Below are positions 20,011 through 29,643 of a DNA stretch of 46,724 nucleotides, one piece after another; the first letter of the stretch is position 1, and each line of letters opens with the position of its first letter. The notes below the pieces were generated by a model. That model made no database searches and was not told where the DNA came from. It was given only the letters and a program-made list of their open reading frames with translations. Source of the DNA: a virus (lineage: Duplodnaviria; Heunggongvirae; Uroviricota; Caudoviricetes); the IMG/VR virus record IMGVR_UViG_2579778634_000020. The stretch is one strand, 5' to 3'. A program made the translations under genes and the position numbers.

Positions 20011-21397
20011 TGATTTCCATCAGCATTACACTCTGATTTTTTAATTCATCGATCACTTCCTCTGGACGGGAATCCTGATCGATAAATTTCAACGCCTGCA
20101 ACACCCGAACCGCATCAATCTGACGTATATCACCGCCCTGACGCAATGACTGAACAGCCAGCGCGGAGGATGAGTCAAACACCTGGGCAGATACATCCAG
20201 TTCAGTGCGCACATCCACATTGCCACCGCAACTCTCTCCGATCCATTCCGCCATTATCTGGAGAATATTATCGAGGGCATCTTCGAGGGAGTTCGCCATT
20301 GTATAAAGCGGCGAGTTTTCCTGCATTCGCTCTTCATTAGTCTGATCAACAGATTTGGTGGATGTATTTTCAGCACGCAGAAGTTTAGCGCCGGCATGAC
20401 GCATCTGATTTTCCAGCTTCTCAAGTGATGTTTCGCCAGATTCTATCGCTGCGCCACTATGTTCAACATATTCGAGGCCATTTTTTGTTCTGTCCTCAAA
20501 AATCGTAGCGGTGGATGCACCAACCGTCAGTTCTTCATTCCTGTCCAGCCCGTAGGCCACCAGCAATGGAACGCGGGCAACATGAAGAATATTGTCCTGC
20601 TCGCTCTGGCTTTGCCAGTGCTTGATATTCAGCAAGCCAAGATTAAGCAATGGCGGTGTACCACGCATAAACCCTGTTTTCTTCGTATACAGTGTTACCA
20701 GAGGAATATCATCACGGCTGGTATTCCATGACTCATGAAGCGTCCAGACAGATTCGCCATTAGTACCTTCGCTGCGTCGATAAATTTCAACTCGACGGGG
20801 CATAATATGGCGGATCTGCTCCACCTTCTTCTGCCCGAAATCATCACCATCAATAATGATGACCTCTTTTATACGCAAATCAGTGAGAACAACTTTCCCT
20901 TTTTCAACTTTCGATTTCCATCCAATAACCTGGCGTGGATTCAGCATCGTAACGTACGGGCGACCACCGGCCGCGTTTTCATCGGCTTTTGTCCGAATCT
21001 CTTTCATATCCGTTCGTGGATAGTCCACCAGCGCATGTGCCACACCATACTGAAATGCGAGACTGAAAAATTGCTGCGCCCACACATCCAGTCGGCTCCC
21101 CTCCATGTCGATATTTTCTGCATATTCCCTGATTTTTTCCGGCGTTTCCTCACTCAATACTGTCGGCTCTGCAAATATGCGCCCAATATTTTGTTTGATG
21201 CTTTCTTCATACACAGGAAGTAGCGTAGCCACAGACAGGCGTTTTTTATAAGCGTCTTCATCTTCATTAGGCCATTTGGGGAGATAATTTTCCCCCTGCC
21301 TGCGCATTTCAAGCGTACCGCCCATCAATGCGTCGTTAATATCCCACGCCTCCAGCATATCGTTATAGTCGAGGTTGGGTGTTGATATATCAGCCAT
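19991..21397 (-). CDS. Portal protein
   Basis: 468 aa immediately downstream of TerL. Confidence 0.9.
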   Translation of the reverse strand: MADISTPNLDYNDMLEAWDINDALMGGTLEMRRQGENYLPKWPNEDEDAYKKRLSVATLLPVYEESIKQNIGRIFAEPTVLSEETPEKIREYAENIDMEGSRLDVWAQQFFSLAFQYGVAHALVDYPRTDMKEIRTKADENAAGGRPYVTMLNPRQVIGWKSKVEKGKVVLTDLRIKEVIIIDGDDFGQKKVEQIRHIMPRRVEIYRRSEGTNGESVWTLHESWNTSRDDIPLVTLYTKKTGFMRGTPPLLNLGLLNIKHWQSQSEQDNILHVARVPLLVAYGLDRNEELTVGASTATIFEDRTKNGLEYVEHSGAAIESGETSLEKLENQMRHAGAKLLRAENTSTKSVDQTNEERMQENSPLYTMANSLEDALDNILQIMAEWIGESCGGNVDVRTELDVSAQVFDSSSALAVQSLRQGGDIRQIDAVRVLQALKFIDQDSRPEEVIDELKNQSVMLMEINDANRE

Positions 21398-21399
21398 AA

Positions 21400-22710
21400 T
21401 TAAATCCGAAGTGATGTGACTCTTCCGGTCGGTTTGACAATAGGGAATTGCTTAACGATGAAATAACCTCCGGCATCATTCGGGTGATCATTGCCAGATT
21501 TTTTATCAGGCTCCCCCTTATCATCCCAGACCTGTTGCTCCAGAGATTCGGCATATACCGGACAACGCTTCACATTAACTTTATAGCGACGCTCACCATT
21601 GGCATTGCAGAACATTGCATTCATTGAGTTAACGCGATCTTTTACTGGCGGGTTCGAGCTGTTCACCACAACGTTAAAACCAGCCTGCTTAAGCTGGGCT
21701 ATATCCGTCGTACTTGCGTTACTTGATTTTCTGGAATCTCCGGAAGCATCTGGATAAATATAAATCTCCCTCACTTTCCGGTAATCATTCCCGTCATACA
21801 GCCAGAAGCGTTCTTTAATGATGCGGATCATATCCGGCGTATCGTAGGCATTGATGATTTCAGTTACCGCACATGGAAGCCCCAAACGCAGCACATGGAC
21901 GATCCCCGCCATCTTTCCAACGTTAAAATCCATCCCAATATAAATCGGCTCCCCTGGCTGCTCCACTTCTTCGCAATTATTCAGTTTCCGGTCAAACTGA
22001 TGGTAAACAGTACCACTTGTCAGGTTAGTAAACTGTCCTCGAAGATAGGCTTTAATCAGCTCTGGAGGGTATGATTCAAGAAGCGAAGGAATGTAATCTG
22101 CTGGCAGGTTCTTTTCATTATCGAAAGTAGATGCCTGCACCAGACCATACAGTGAGGCCAGCTCTGTTTTTTCACGCACGGCTTTAACAAACTGCTCGTA
22201 GACAAATTTGAATCCTTCCGGCGTGGTTGTAACGTCAATACCGTTGCGAAGTCCATCAATCTTATAACGCATACGCGCAATTATCTTGCGCCACGCCGTT
22301 CTGGCTTTTTCCTTCGGCAAAATGTCCAGTTCATCCACCAGCGCATTACCAATTTTGAAACCGACGATCGTTTGTGGCTTCTCCATCGATCTGCAGATAG
22401 TGGTTCCCCGATACTGGCGTCCGTAATAAAAGTGAACCTCTTTATTTCCCTCATTAATTTTTACGTTCAATCCCCAGTCAGCAGCAACTTCTTCCACTGT
22501 AGGGTAAAAAATATCGCGAATTTGGGGATACGTTGGCGCAAAATATCCCTGATTTATACCTGGATGCTCCCAAATCCCCTTGCATATGCCGCCACACCCA
22601 ACCCATGTTTTGCCCGAGCCAAAACCAGCAATATAGGCTTTAAATTTATGGGGCATTGAAAGAAATCGCGCCTGAGGCACATTAAGCGTCGGAGAGATCA
22701 TCTTCATCAC
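21400..22710 (-). CDS. Terminase large subunit
   Basis: Walker A GFGSGKT near the N-terminus and a C-terminal nuclease region. 436 aa. Confidence 0.95.
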   Translation of the reverse strand: MMKMISPTLNVPQARFLSMPHKFKAYIAGFGSGKTWVGCGGICKGIWEHPGINQGYFAPTYPQIRDIFYPTVEEVAADWGLNVKINEGNKEVHFYYGRQYRGTTICRSMEKPQTIVGFKIGNALVDELDILPKEKARTAWRKIIARMRYKIDGLRNGIDVTTTPEGFKFVYEQFVKAVREKTELASLYGLVQASTFDNEKNLPADYIPSLLESYPPELIKAYLRGQFTNLTSGTVYHQFDRKLNNCEEVEQPGEPIYIGMDFNVGKMAGIVHVLRLGLPCAVTEIINAYDTPDMIRIIKERFWLYDGNDYRKVREIYIYPDASGDSRKSSNASTTDIAQLKQAGFNVVVNSSNPPVKDRVNSMNAMFCNANGERRYKVNVKRCPVYAESLEQQVWDDKGEPDKKSGNDHPNDAGGYFIVKQFPIVKPTGRVTSLRI

Positions 22711-23776
22711 TCCTTACTCTGGCATCAACCACATTAATATTGATCGCCACAGGCTGGGGATGTTCATTATCTTCCACCGTTTCGATCTCTTTGCGCAGCT
22801 TCTGGTTTTCCATTCTGCGCCGTTCAATTTCCAGTTCCTGTAGCCGTTTATCTGCACATAAAGCCCCGCCAGCAGAAAACAAACGCAACAATTCACGCCG
22901 GGCGGCAGCCTTATCCTCCAGCAGGATCTCAACGCCGAATTTTCCGAATTTTGCCCCTGCATATAATTGCCGCGCATCCCCATCAAGCAGAGTGGTATCA
23001 GCCATATAAAGCTGTCCCGTTCCCTCACCGCAGCACTTCGGGCAGTCCGGATTGGGTATGGCGTTATCAACAAAGCCGAGGCCTCCATATTCCGGTTCGG
23101 GTTTGCCATCTCTGGAAGCCTGCGCCGCTGCCTTGTCGAATTCTGCTATATCGCGCCACTGGTAGAGATGATTCTCGCCCCAGCAATAACGGCAGTTAAC
23201 ACGGCGAAATTGTGCAAGCTGATTGGGGTCGGCCAGGACAATGGCCATCAACTGACTCACCAGTAAATCCAGGTCTGCGGTATAGCGTTTCTGGTACTGA
23301 TTGCGGAAGTAGCTGATAGCGCGAAAAACCCTGGCATTTCTAAGCATACGACTGGCGTTGCTGTTAGCTGTCGCACCTTGCCCCTCATAACCGGCTAGTC
23401 GGTACGCCTCTGTCGGCTTTTTCCCCTGAGCAACAAGCATCGCAAACTTAGCCTGCTGGTCAGAAATGCCGAATTCATCGGGACAGAACGAAAATTCCTC
23501 CGCGTCGCCCTCATTCAGGCCCGCATCGAATACTGGCTTTTTTTCCTGAGATTTTTCGTTCCGCTTTTGTGCAGTCTGCGCAGATTTTTTCTGCGCACTT
23601 TTTTGCGCAGTTTTGCGCATTTCTGTCTGCGCATTTTTCGGAGGTTTTTTGATGTAACGACGGGCTGTTGCGTAATTCAGTCCCCTTGCTTCACACCATG
23701 CCACCGGAGATATACCGGAGCGGGTGTATTCAGCAATATACTCCTGCTGCAACGCCCCCCAGTCCGGTCTGCTCAT
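22682..23776 (-). CDS. Terminase small subunit (Terminase_2-like core with HTH N-terminus and Zn-ribbon-like C-terminal part)
   Basis: The core ..QQAKFAMLVAQGKKPTEAYRLAGYEGQGATANSNASRMLRNARV.. is the typical TerS motif. Also contains CRYCW..CPKCCGEG. Confidence 0.85.
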   Translation of the reverse strand: MSRPDWGALQQEYIAEYTRSGISPVAWCEARGLNYATARRYIKKPPKNAQTEMRKTAQKSAQKKSAQTAQKRNEKSQEKKPVFDAGLNEGDAEEFSFCPDEFGISDQQAKFAMLVAQGKKPTEAYRLAGYEGQGATANSNASRMLRNARVFRAISYFRNQYQKRYTADLDLLVSQLMAIVLADPNQLAQFRRVNCRYCWGENHLYQWRDIAEFDKAAAQASRDGKPEPEYGGLGFVDNAIPNPDCPKCCGEGTGQLYMADTTLLDGDARQLYAGAKFGKFGVEILLEDKAAARRELLRLFSAGGALCADKRLQELEIERRRMENQKLRKEIETVEDNEHPQPVAININVVDARVRSDEDDLSDA

Positions 23777-23779
23777 CAG

Positions 23780-24031
23780 TTAGTCCTGATTTTTATCCAC
23801 CCTGAGTAGTTCGCGCAGAGCAAAGGCATCCCCTTTTCTGGCAAGCTTAAACAATGCCGCTCGTAACTCGGCTTCACCTTTCGCTCTGCCCTTACGGATG
23901 GCCGCATAAAAATCTGTCATTGCTTCCCGATTTTCTTTCAGTCGGTTCAGATCAACATCCAGAACGTCAGCGATTTGTTGTGCAGTCATCCGGCACGCTG
24001 CCAGAGACTCGACTTTCGAATACGGAATCAT
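23780..24031 (-). CDS. Small HTH protein (TerS-associated type)
   Basis: 83 aa with RBS GGGGTGA. The motif ..MTAQQIADVLDVDLNRL.. looks like an HTH. Confidence 0.7.
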   Translation of the reverse strand: MIPYSKVESLAACRMTAQQIADVLDVDLNRLKENREAMTDFYAAIRKGRAKGEAELRAALFKLARKGDAFALRELLRVDKNQD

Positions 24032-24899
24032 TTGTCACCCCTATTGATATGCAGGGTGTCTTCTTCCTGTATTTTTCGTGAAGGATTTTTACTGCAGCGT
24101 TGTTCCAGGTGACCTGATGGTGAATGCGTTTATGGCTGGCACCCATCAGTGAGATTTTTACGCACGACGGCGCATACATGACGGAGTAAAAACTTTTAAC
24201 GTAGGTTCCGGAATCCAGATACAGCTCGGTCATTCCGCCGCTGTTTTTCTGCGTCTGTTTCTGCCCTAACTGGACAGCACCGATCGTCATGAACAATTCA
24301 CCACAGCGACCGAGATTCGTGTACGTATTCACATCCTCGTTAATGCGCCCCATGAATGAGAACGGTCGATCAACCGAACAGATAAAGCTGTTCATTGCCT
24401 TGCGTTTCACCCACGAAGCATGGCCGCCATTGTCACCAAGAAAATCCCCGCCCTGCGACATAGCGATGGAAAGAGCAGGTATTGATTCGTAGTACGCCAG
24501 CATTTCAGAAAGGATCGCATCCAGTTTCCTTATCGGAAAATAGGCCTGGTCATAGTTGCGATCCACCCGAAACTGGAACTCGTGATAATCATCATCGAGC
24601 TGAATGAAGTATTTACACCCGACCAGTTTTGCCAGGTCGAAACAGGCATTACGGGCGTAAAAAATTGAGCGGCGGTCACCGAAATTATCGGCTTCGTCAA
24701 AACGACTGGCGATATCGGCTTTGGAAAACACCAGCACCTGTTCACCAAATTCAGCCATGTACTGATGCCGTGTCTTATCTTCATCATCAACAACGATAAA
24801 AATTTTCCCGGTATAGCCAGCACGACGCAACGTCCGGTAAGTCAGAACTTTGTCCGGTCGCCCGTGAGTCAGAATAAAGGCGCAAAAATCATCACGCAT
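23967..24899 (-). CDS. GT-A-fold glycosyltransferase-like protein (full-length counterpart of the K-12 ydaY remnant, from memory)
   Basis: AFILTHGRP beta-strand, IVVDDED, the DxD-type QLDDDY and a later NEDVNTY. The ATG at 24899 sits behind GGAGGAGG and overlaps the ParB-like stop by 8 nt. The 3' end overlaps the next gene by 65 nt. Confidence 0.6.
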   Translation of the reverse strand: MRDDFCAFILTHGRPDKVLTYRTLRRAGYTGKIFIVVDDEDKTRHQYMAEFGEQVLVFSKADIASRFDEADNFGDRRSIFYARNACFDLAKLVGCKYFIQLDDDYHEFQFRVDRNYDQAYFPIRKLDAILSEMLAYYESIPALSIAMSQGGDFLGDNGGHASWVKRKAMNSFICSVDRPFSFMGRINEDVNTYTNLGRCGELFMTIGAVQLGQKQTQKNSGGMTELYLDSGTYVKSFYSVMYAPSCVKISLMGASHKRIHHQVTWNNAAVKILHEKYRKKTPCISIGVTNDSVFESRVSGSVPDDCTTNR

Positions 24900-25683
24900 A
24901 TTCCTCCTCCTCACCACCATGCATGATCTCCACCATGCGCTGCGTCATCCGGACAAATCCATTTTCAATAGCCTGCTGATAATCAATGATCACCAGCGCC
25001 GACTCCTCGAAAAAACACTGAATTTCAGCGGGGGCGTGAGCGTAATAGTCCGCAATTCTGCTGAAATTAAACACCGTGTGACGTTCTGCCGCACACAGGA
25101 GGAATTTCTCAATATCAGGCTCAAGAGACGCCGAACGTATCCGGCTGATCAGCTCCTGAGTTTTCGTATCGTCGTACAGTTCACTGATATCCGGTTTACC
25201 GCCCGACGGCTCATAAACAGGCGTATCAATTTTCGTCGTATACGGCTCCTCCTCATTTCCTGTACCGGGCAAAACATCCGTCAACAGTTCATCAATTTCT
25301 GTCGGGATGAAGCCTGTCAGGGAGACATCAAAATCAGCATTGATTAGGTCCGACAGCTCCATCCGCAACAGATCTTCATCCCAGCCAGCATTCATCGGCA
25401 GGCGATTATCTGCCAGGCGGTACGCCTTTTTCTGCTCATCCGTCAGGCCAGACAGAACAATGACCGGAACAGAATCCATTTTGAGCATTTCAGCCGCCAT
25501 AACACGACCGTGACCCGCAATAATTTCGCCCTTTTCGTCAATCAGCACCGGATTAGTCCAGCCGAATTGCTTAATACTTTCTACCAGTTGTGCCACCTGC
25601 TCAGTACTGTGCGTCCTGGCGTTGTGCGCATACGGTGACAATTCTTGTAATGGGCGATAGACTATCTTTAATTTCTCGCTCAT
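24892..25683 (-). CDS. ParB/Srx-like nuclease-domain protein (full-length ynaK-like)
   Basis: The N-terminus ..LSPYAHNARTHSTEQVAQLVESIKQFGWTNPVLID..IIAGHGRVMAA.. is a ParB N-terminal domain. No methylase motifs follow it. Confidence 0.8.
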   Translation of the reverse strand: MSEKLKIVYRPLQELSPYAHNARTHSTEQVAQLVESIKQFGWTNPVLIDEKGEIIAGHGRVMAAEMLKMDSVPVIVLSGLTDEQKKAYRLADNRLPMNAGWDEDLLRMELSDLINADFDVSLTGFIPTEIDELLTDVLPGTGNEEEPYTTKIDTPVYEPSGGKPDISELYDDTKTQELISRIRSASLEPDIEKFLLCAAERHTVFNFSRIADYYAHAPAEIQCFFEESALVIIDYQQAIENGFVRMTQRMVEIMHGGEEEEYA

Positions 25684-25699
25684 ACAGCCTTGCTTTATG

Positions 25700-25734
25700 A
25701 ATAAAACGCACCCCAGCAGCCAGTGCTACTGGGG
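25700..25734 (-). terminator. Terminator after trkG
   Basis: CCCCAG...CTGGGG hairpin (25711-25734), then TGCGTTTTATT on the minus strand. Confidence 0.6.
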
Positions 25735-25820
25735 ACGGAGGTATTGCTGGTAAAGTTAGGTATTGGATCAATGAGTGAGTCAACATAATATTAAACTCAC
25801 AATTATAAATCAGCCATATA

Positions 25821-27296
25821 TTAGGAGCGCCAAAAAAAACCTGAAAACAATATAATAACAGGATAAATTTCAAGGCGACCAAGAATCATAGCTATGCACA
25901 TTAAACATTTTGCAATGTCATTAAGCACTCCGAATGACGATGCAGTAGCCCCAAAACCTAATCCCATATTATTAATACATGCAGCCACTGTTGCAAATGA
26001 TGTAAGAAAATCATATCCCATACCATTTAACACCAGTATAAAAAACACCGTGAAGAGAGTATAAAGAAAAAAGAAACTCCATACAGACCTCATTACACGA
26101 TCTGTAACTATCTTCCCTCCTACATTTACACTCAACAACGCTCTGGGATGAGAAAGCTGATTTATCTCGTGTTTGCTTTGTTTGAAAAGTATAAGAAATC
26201 GAAGTGACTTAATTCCACCACAAGTTGAACCTATACATCCCCCAAAGAAACTTGACAACAGCAAAAACACTATCGTGTGCGTGGGCCAACTTGCATAATC
26301 CTGCGTAGCTAAACCATTATCAGTGAGCATGGAGCTGGCAAGAAAAAACGAATGAATAAAACTTCCATGCAAGTCATACATACCTATATGCCAGACCTGG
26401 AAAGAGGTAACAATGATCACCCCTAAGGCTATTAACAGAAAGAAACGAAGTTCAATATCTCTGATTAAAGGTTTTATCGTTTTCCTGCTAATAACAATAT
26501 ACCAAAGAGTGAAGTTGAAAGCCGATAGCAGGGAAAAAGAACCAGCCACCAGCTCAACCAAATAGTTATTAAAATATCCGATACTCTCGCTATGAGTTGA
26601 GAAACCACCAAGCGAAACTGTGGAAATCCCGTGACAAATAGCATCAAACAAAGGCATTCCTGCAAGTCTATAACAGACAATACAAGCAATACCTAATAAA
26701 GAATAAGTTATCCACAGTGTCCGTGACGTATCGGCCAGGCGGGGAGTGAGTTTGTCATCCTTAAATGGCCCCGGCATTTCTGACTGATAAAGCTTTGCAC
26801 CACCAATACCCAATAATGGCAATACAGCAACCGCCAGAACAATAACTCCTAAACCACCTATAAAATTTAACTGTGACCGATAGTACAAATATGCCCGAGG
26901 TAATGAACTAACATCATCAATTACAGTTGCTCCTGTTGTTGTTATTCCAGAAACCCCTTCAAACAGAGCATCAATGAACGTTAAATTAAGTTCTGAGTCA
27001 ATCCATAAAGGGAATGCACTAATAACAGAAAACAAAATCCAAAACATTACAATTATAATAAACCCATCACGGGTACGTAATTGAATGCCAGATTTCTTAG
27101 TTGTATACCACGCTCCGCCACCAATGCAAAAAAATATAACGAAAGTTATAAAGAAAACGAACAGGCTTTTTTCTTTATAAAACAATGCTACAACCATTGG
27201 TGGCAACATTGAAAGACTATAGAGCCAAACCAGGAACCCACACATATGAGTAACAACTCTTACATGAGATGTATTCATATCTAAATATTCTTTCAA
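25821..27296 (-). CDS. trkG: Trk-system K+ uptake membrane protein TrkG
   Basis: Near-identical to the remembered K-12 TrkG (MNTSHVRVVTHMCGFLVWLYSL..). The annotated-type ATG is at 27278. An upstream TTG at 27296 has a better SD (AGGTGG). Confidence 0.95.
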   Translation of the reverse strand: MKEYLDMNTSHVRVVTHMCGFLVWLYSLSMLPPMVVALFYKEKSLFVFFITFVIFFCIGGGAWYTTKKSGIQLRTRDGFIIIVMFWILFSVISAFPLWIDSELNLTFIDALFEGVSGITTTGATVIDDVSSLPRAYLYYRSQLNFIGGLGVIVLAVAVLPLLGIGGAKLYQSEMPGPFKDDKLTPRLADTSRTLWITYSLLGIACIVCYRLAGMPLFDAICHGISTVSLGGFSTHSESIGYFNNYLVELVAGSFSLLSAFNFTLWYIVISRKTIKPLIRDIELRFFLLIALGVIIVTSFQVWHIGMYDLHGSFIHSFFLASSMLTDNGLATQDYASWPTHTIVFLLLSSFFGGCIGSTCGGIKSLRFLILFKQSKHEINQLSHPRALLSVNVGGKIVTDRVMRSVWSFFFLYTLFTVFFILVLNGMGYDFLTSFATVAACINNMGLGFGATASSFGVLNDIAKCLMCIAMILGRLEIYPVIILFSGFFWRS

Positions 27297-27415
27297 TTAT
27301 AACCACCTTGCTGCAATATTATGATTATACTGTATAAAATTTAACTCCTCTTAGATCTTACTTCACTGTTCCTTATGAAACAATCATCAAAATGAATCAT
27401 ATTGTAGTTAAGATT

Positions 27416-27880
27416 TTACTTTAAACACTGCTCGGTTATGTATTGCTGAGCACCTTCAAGTTGGGCCTGCATCATTACCAGTCGTTCCCGCAGGGTGAAA
27501 TAATCCCGTTCAGCGGTGTCTGCCAGTCGGGGGGAGGCTGCATTATCCACGCCGGAGGCGGTGGTGGCTTCACGCACTGACTGACAGACTGCTTTGATGT
27601 GCAACCGACGACGACCAGCGGCAACATCATCACGCAGAGCATCATTTTCAGCTTTCGCATCAGCTAACTCCTTCGTGTATTTTGCATCGAGCGCAGCAAC
27701 ATCACGCTGACGCATCTGCATGTCAGTAATTGCCGCGTTCGCCAGCTTCAGTTCTCTGGCATTTTTGTCGCGCTGTTCTTTGTAGGCGATGGCGTTATCA
27801 CGGTAATGATTAACACCCCATGACAGGCAGACGACGATGCAGATAACCAGAGCGGAGATAATCGCGGTTACTCTGCTCAT
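27416..27880 (-). CDS. Spanin inner-membrane subunit Rz
   Basis: N-terminal TM segment and coiled coil. Follows the endolysin gene. Confidence 0.9.
   Translation of the reverse strand: MSRVTAIISALVICIVVCLSWGVNHYRDNAIAYKEQRDKNARELKLANAAITDMQMRQRDVAALDAKYTKELADAKAENDALRDDVAAGRRRLHIKAVCQSVREATTASGVDNAASPRLADTAERDYFTLRERLVMMQAQLEGAQQYITEQCLK
27475..27660 (-). CDS. Spanin outer-membrane lipoprotein Rz1, embedded in Rz
   Basis: Lipobox LVVVGC and a Pro-rich mature part. Lies entirely within Rz in another frame. Confidence 0.85.
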   Translation of the reverse strand: MRKLKMMLCVMMLPLVVVGCTSKQSVSQCVKPPPPPAWIMQPPPDWQTPLNGIISPCGNDW

Positions 27881-28353
27881 ACCTCAATCTCTCTGACCGT
27901 TCCGCCAGCTTCTTTGAATTTTGCAATCAGACTGTCAGCCTTATGCTCGAACTGACCATAACCAGCGCCCGGCAGTGAAGCCCATATATTGCTGCAACGG
28001 TCGATAGCCTGACGGATATCACCGCGATCAATCATCGGCAAAGCGCCACGCTCTTTAATCTGCTGCAGCGCTACAGCATCCTGACTTTCTGGAGAAAAAT
28101 CTTTCAGGCCAAGTTGCTTGCGGTAGGCATCCCACCAGCGTGAAAGAAGCTGGTAACGTCCAGCGGCTGTTGATTTGAGTTTCGGATTTAGCGTGACAAG
28201 TTTGCGGGGGTGATCGGAGTAATCAGTGAACAGTTCGCCACCGACAATAACATCATAACCGTGATTTCTGGTTTTCTGCCGTCCGTTATCTGTTCCTTCT
28301 GACCATGCCACCATATCAAGGAAAGCTTTACGCTGGGAATTAAGTGTCTGCAT
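27877..28353 (-). CDS. Endolysin, lambda R-type transglycosylase
   Basis: ..[46 protein letters not shown].. is nearly identical to the remembered lambda R. Confidence 0.95.
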   Translation of the reverse strand: MQTLNSQRKAFLDMVAWSEGTDNGRQKTRNHGYDVIVGGELFTDYSDHPRKLVTLNPKLKSTAAGRYQLLSRWWDAYRKQLGLKDFSPESQDAVALQQIKERGALPMIDRGDIRQAIDRCSNIWASLPGAGYGQFEHKADSLIAKFKEAGGTVREIEV

Positions 28354-28356
28354 TAA

Positions 28357-28698
28357 TTACTCCTTATGGGCACCGAACTTGTTACCGATGACCCTCATTG
28401 CCGCACCACGAATAGCATCAACACCAATCAGCCCCACCCCACCACCAATGGCAACAGAAAGTGATTTAGGCCATCCGACATACTCAAGCGCGGATGCAAA
28501 GGTCAGCGTCAGAGCACCACAAAGCAGAATCTCAAGCGTTTTTCGTTTCCAGCCGCCGCCACCGCCAAAATAGGCAATGCGCAAACCAGCCATAATAATT
28601 GACATAACCACTGCACCCAGCGGCGTATCTCCACGCCACCAACTTTGTAAGAGTTCCAGTAAGTCAGGCCAGGAATGAGGGGCATTGTGCATTTTCAT
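28357..28698 (-). CDS. Class I holin with an MKM dual-start motif
   Basis: GGAGGTGAGG RBS, then ATG AAA ATG (28698 and 28692). Three hydrophobic segments. Lies upstream of R. Confidence 0.85.
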   Translation of the reverse strand: MKMHNAPHSWPDLLELLQSWWRGDTPLGAVVMSIIMAGLRIAYFGGGGGWKRKTLEILLCGALTLTFASALEYVGWPKSLSVAIGGGVGLIGVDAIRGAAMRVIGNKFGAHKE

Positions 28699-28792
28699 AA
28701 GCCTCACCTCCGAGAGTTCGGATGGTGCTAAGTGTAAGATTCAGGCTCTCAGGCTTGCTAACAAGAAGTCGAGGATGTTTCCGGAGCCTAAC

Positions 28793-28821
28793 AACGAAAA
28801 AGCCCCGGGACATGCCGGGGC
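28793..28821 (-). terminator. Intrinsic terminator downstream of the 189-aa moron
   Basis: GCCCCGG/CCGGGGC (28802-28808 with 28815-28821), then TTTTT on the minus strand. Confidence 0.7.
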
Positions 28822-28915
28822 CAGATGGAGTGCCAGATTAAGCTTCTGGCGGTATATACTCGTGTTTGATATCGTTAAATCGCCAAAAGTAACAATTCAA
28901 ACAAAGAGGATTTTT

Positions 28916-29077
28916 ATGTCTGAAAAAAACAAACCACAAGGTGAAAATAAACCTCAGCACCCCGTGGCACCAAAACCAACTCCAACACAAAGTACTACAG
29001 ACTTTGCTACACGTCGTGTTTTTGTTGGAGATTCTGCCGACTCAGTCATTGAACATATAAAAAAACAGCCGAGATAA
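28916..29077 (+). CDS. Possible 53-aa Pro/Lys-rich protein, convergent with the moron
   Basis: AAGAGGA RBS 5 nt before the ATG. Translation is MSEKNKPQGENKPQHPVAPKPTPTQSTTDFATRRVFVGDSADSVIEHIKKQPR*. No clear promoter was found. Confidence 0.3.
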   Translation: MSEKNKPQGENKPQHPVAPKPTPTQSTTDFATRRVFVGDSADSVIEHIKKQPR

Positions 29078-29615
29078 ACATCGCCGCTACCGGAGCAAGG
29101 ATGGTATACATCCTTGCTTTATCGAGACTCGTGCGGATTTTCTCATTTTCCAACAGTAACTCTCTTGCTGTATCACTCAAGTCAACAAGGCGATACCTTC
29201 GTATAAGCGGCAATAACTTATCAGGTCCTAAATATCCTGCATCAGCGAATATTTTAAAGCTCGAGGGCTCCATATCCTTATATTTTTCATGATATAGATG
29301 ATCAGGAGGGGCATTGATCAGGCCCCTAACCTTCACAGATAAACCAGTACATACCAAGTAAATGGCGCACCATGTCCATAGTAATGTAAATGTGGTAATT
29401 CCGGCGGTGAGAAAATCGAAATTAGTTTTCTGTGTCAGCAATAAAAAAGATGAACCAATTCCAACAATCTGAATGTTCAGAAGTTTGTATCCATTCTCAA
29501 CATTGGTTTTGTTAGAAAGATGAATCTCTCGTATCGTCTCTTCCCCTTGTTTTTCAAGATAATCGACGAGCTCATCATCTACTCCTAAAAAATAATCTTT
29601 AGGTAGTTCTCTCAT
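29046..29615 (-). CDS. Unknown membrane protein (about 3 TM segments), a moron between tR' and the lysis cassette
   Basis: Strong RBS GGAGGTGAG. Hydrophobic segments are LLNIQIVGIGSSFLLL, FLTAGITTFTLLWTWCAIYLVCTGL and MYTILAPVAAMFISAVFLYV. The gene is visibly AT-rich. Confidence 0.75.
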   Translation of the reverse strand: MRELPKDYFLGVDDELVDYLEKQGEETIREIHLSNKTNVENGYKLLNIQIVGIGSSFLLLTQKTNFDFLTAGITTFTLLWTWCAIYLVCTGLSVKVRGLINAPPDHLYHEKYKDMEPSSFKIFADAGYLGPDKLLPLIRRYRLVDLSDTARELLLENEKIRTSLDKARMYTILAPVAAMFISAVFLYVQ

Positions 29616-29643
29616 CTCACCTCCACATCCTGTACTGAAAACA

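Noticed and set aside
22714-23266. Overlapping ORFs in other frames within the TerS gene
   Set aside because: They lie completely inside the TerS coding region. They are Arg-rich and have no independent signals.
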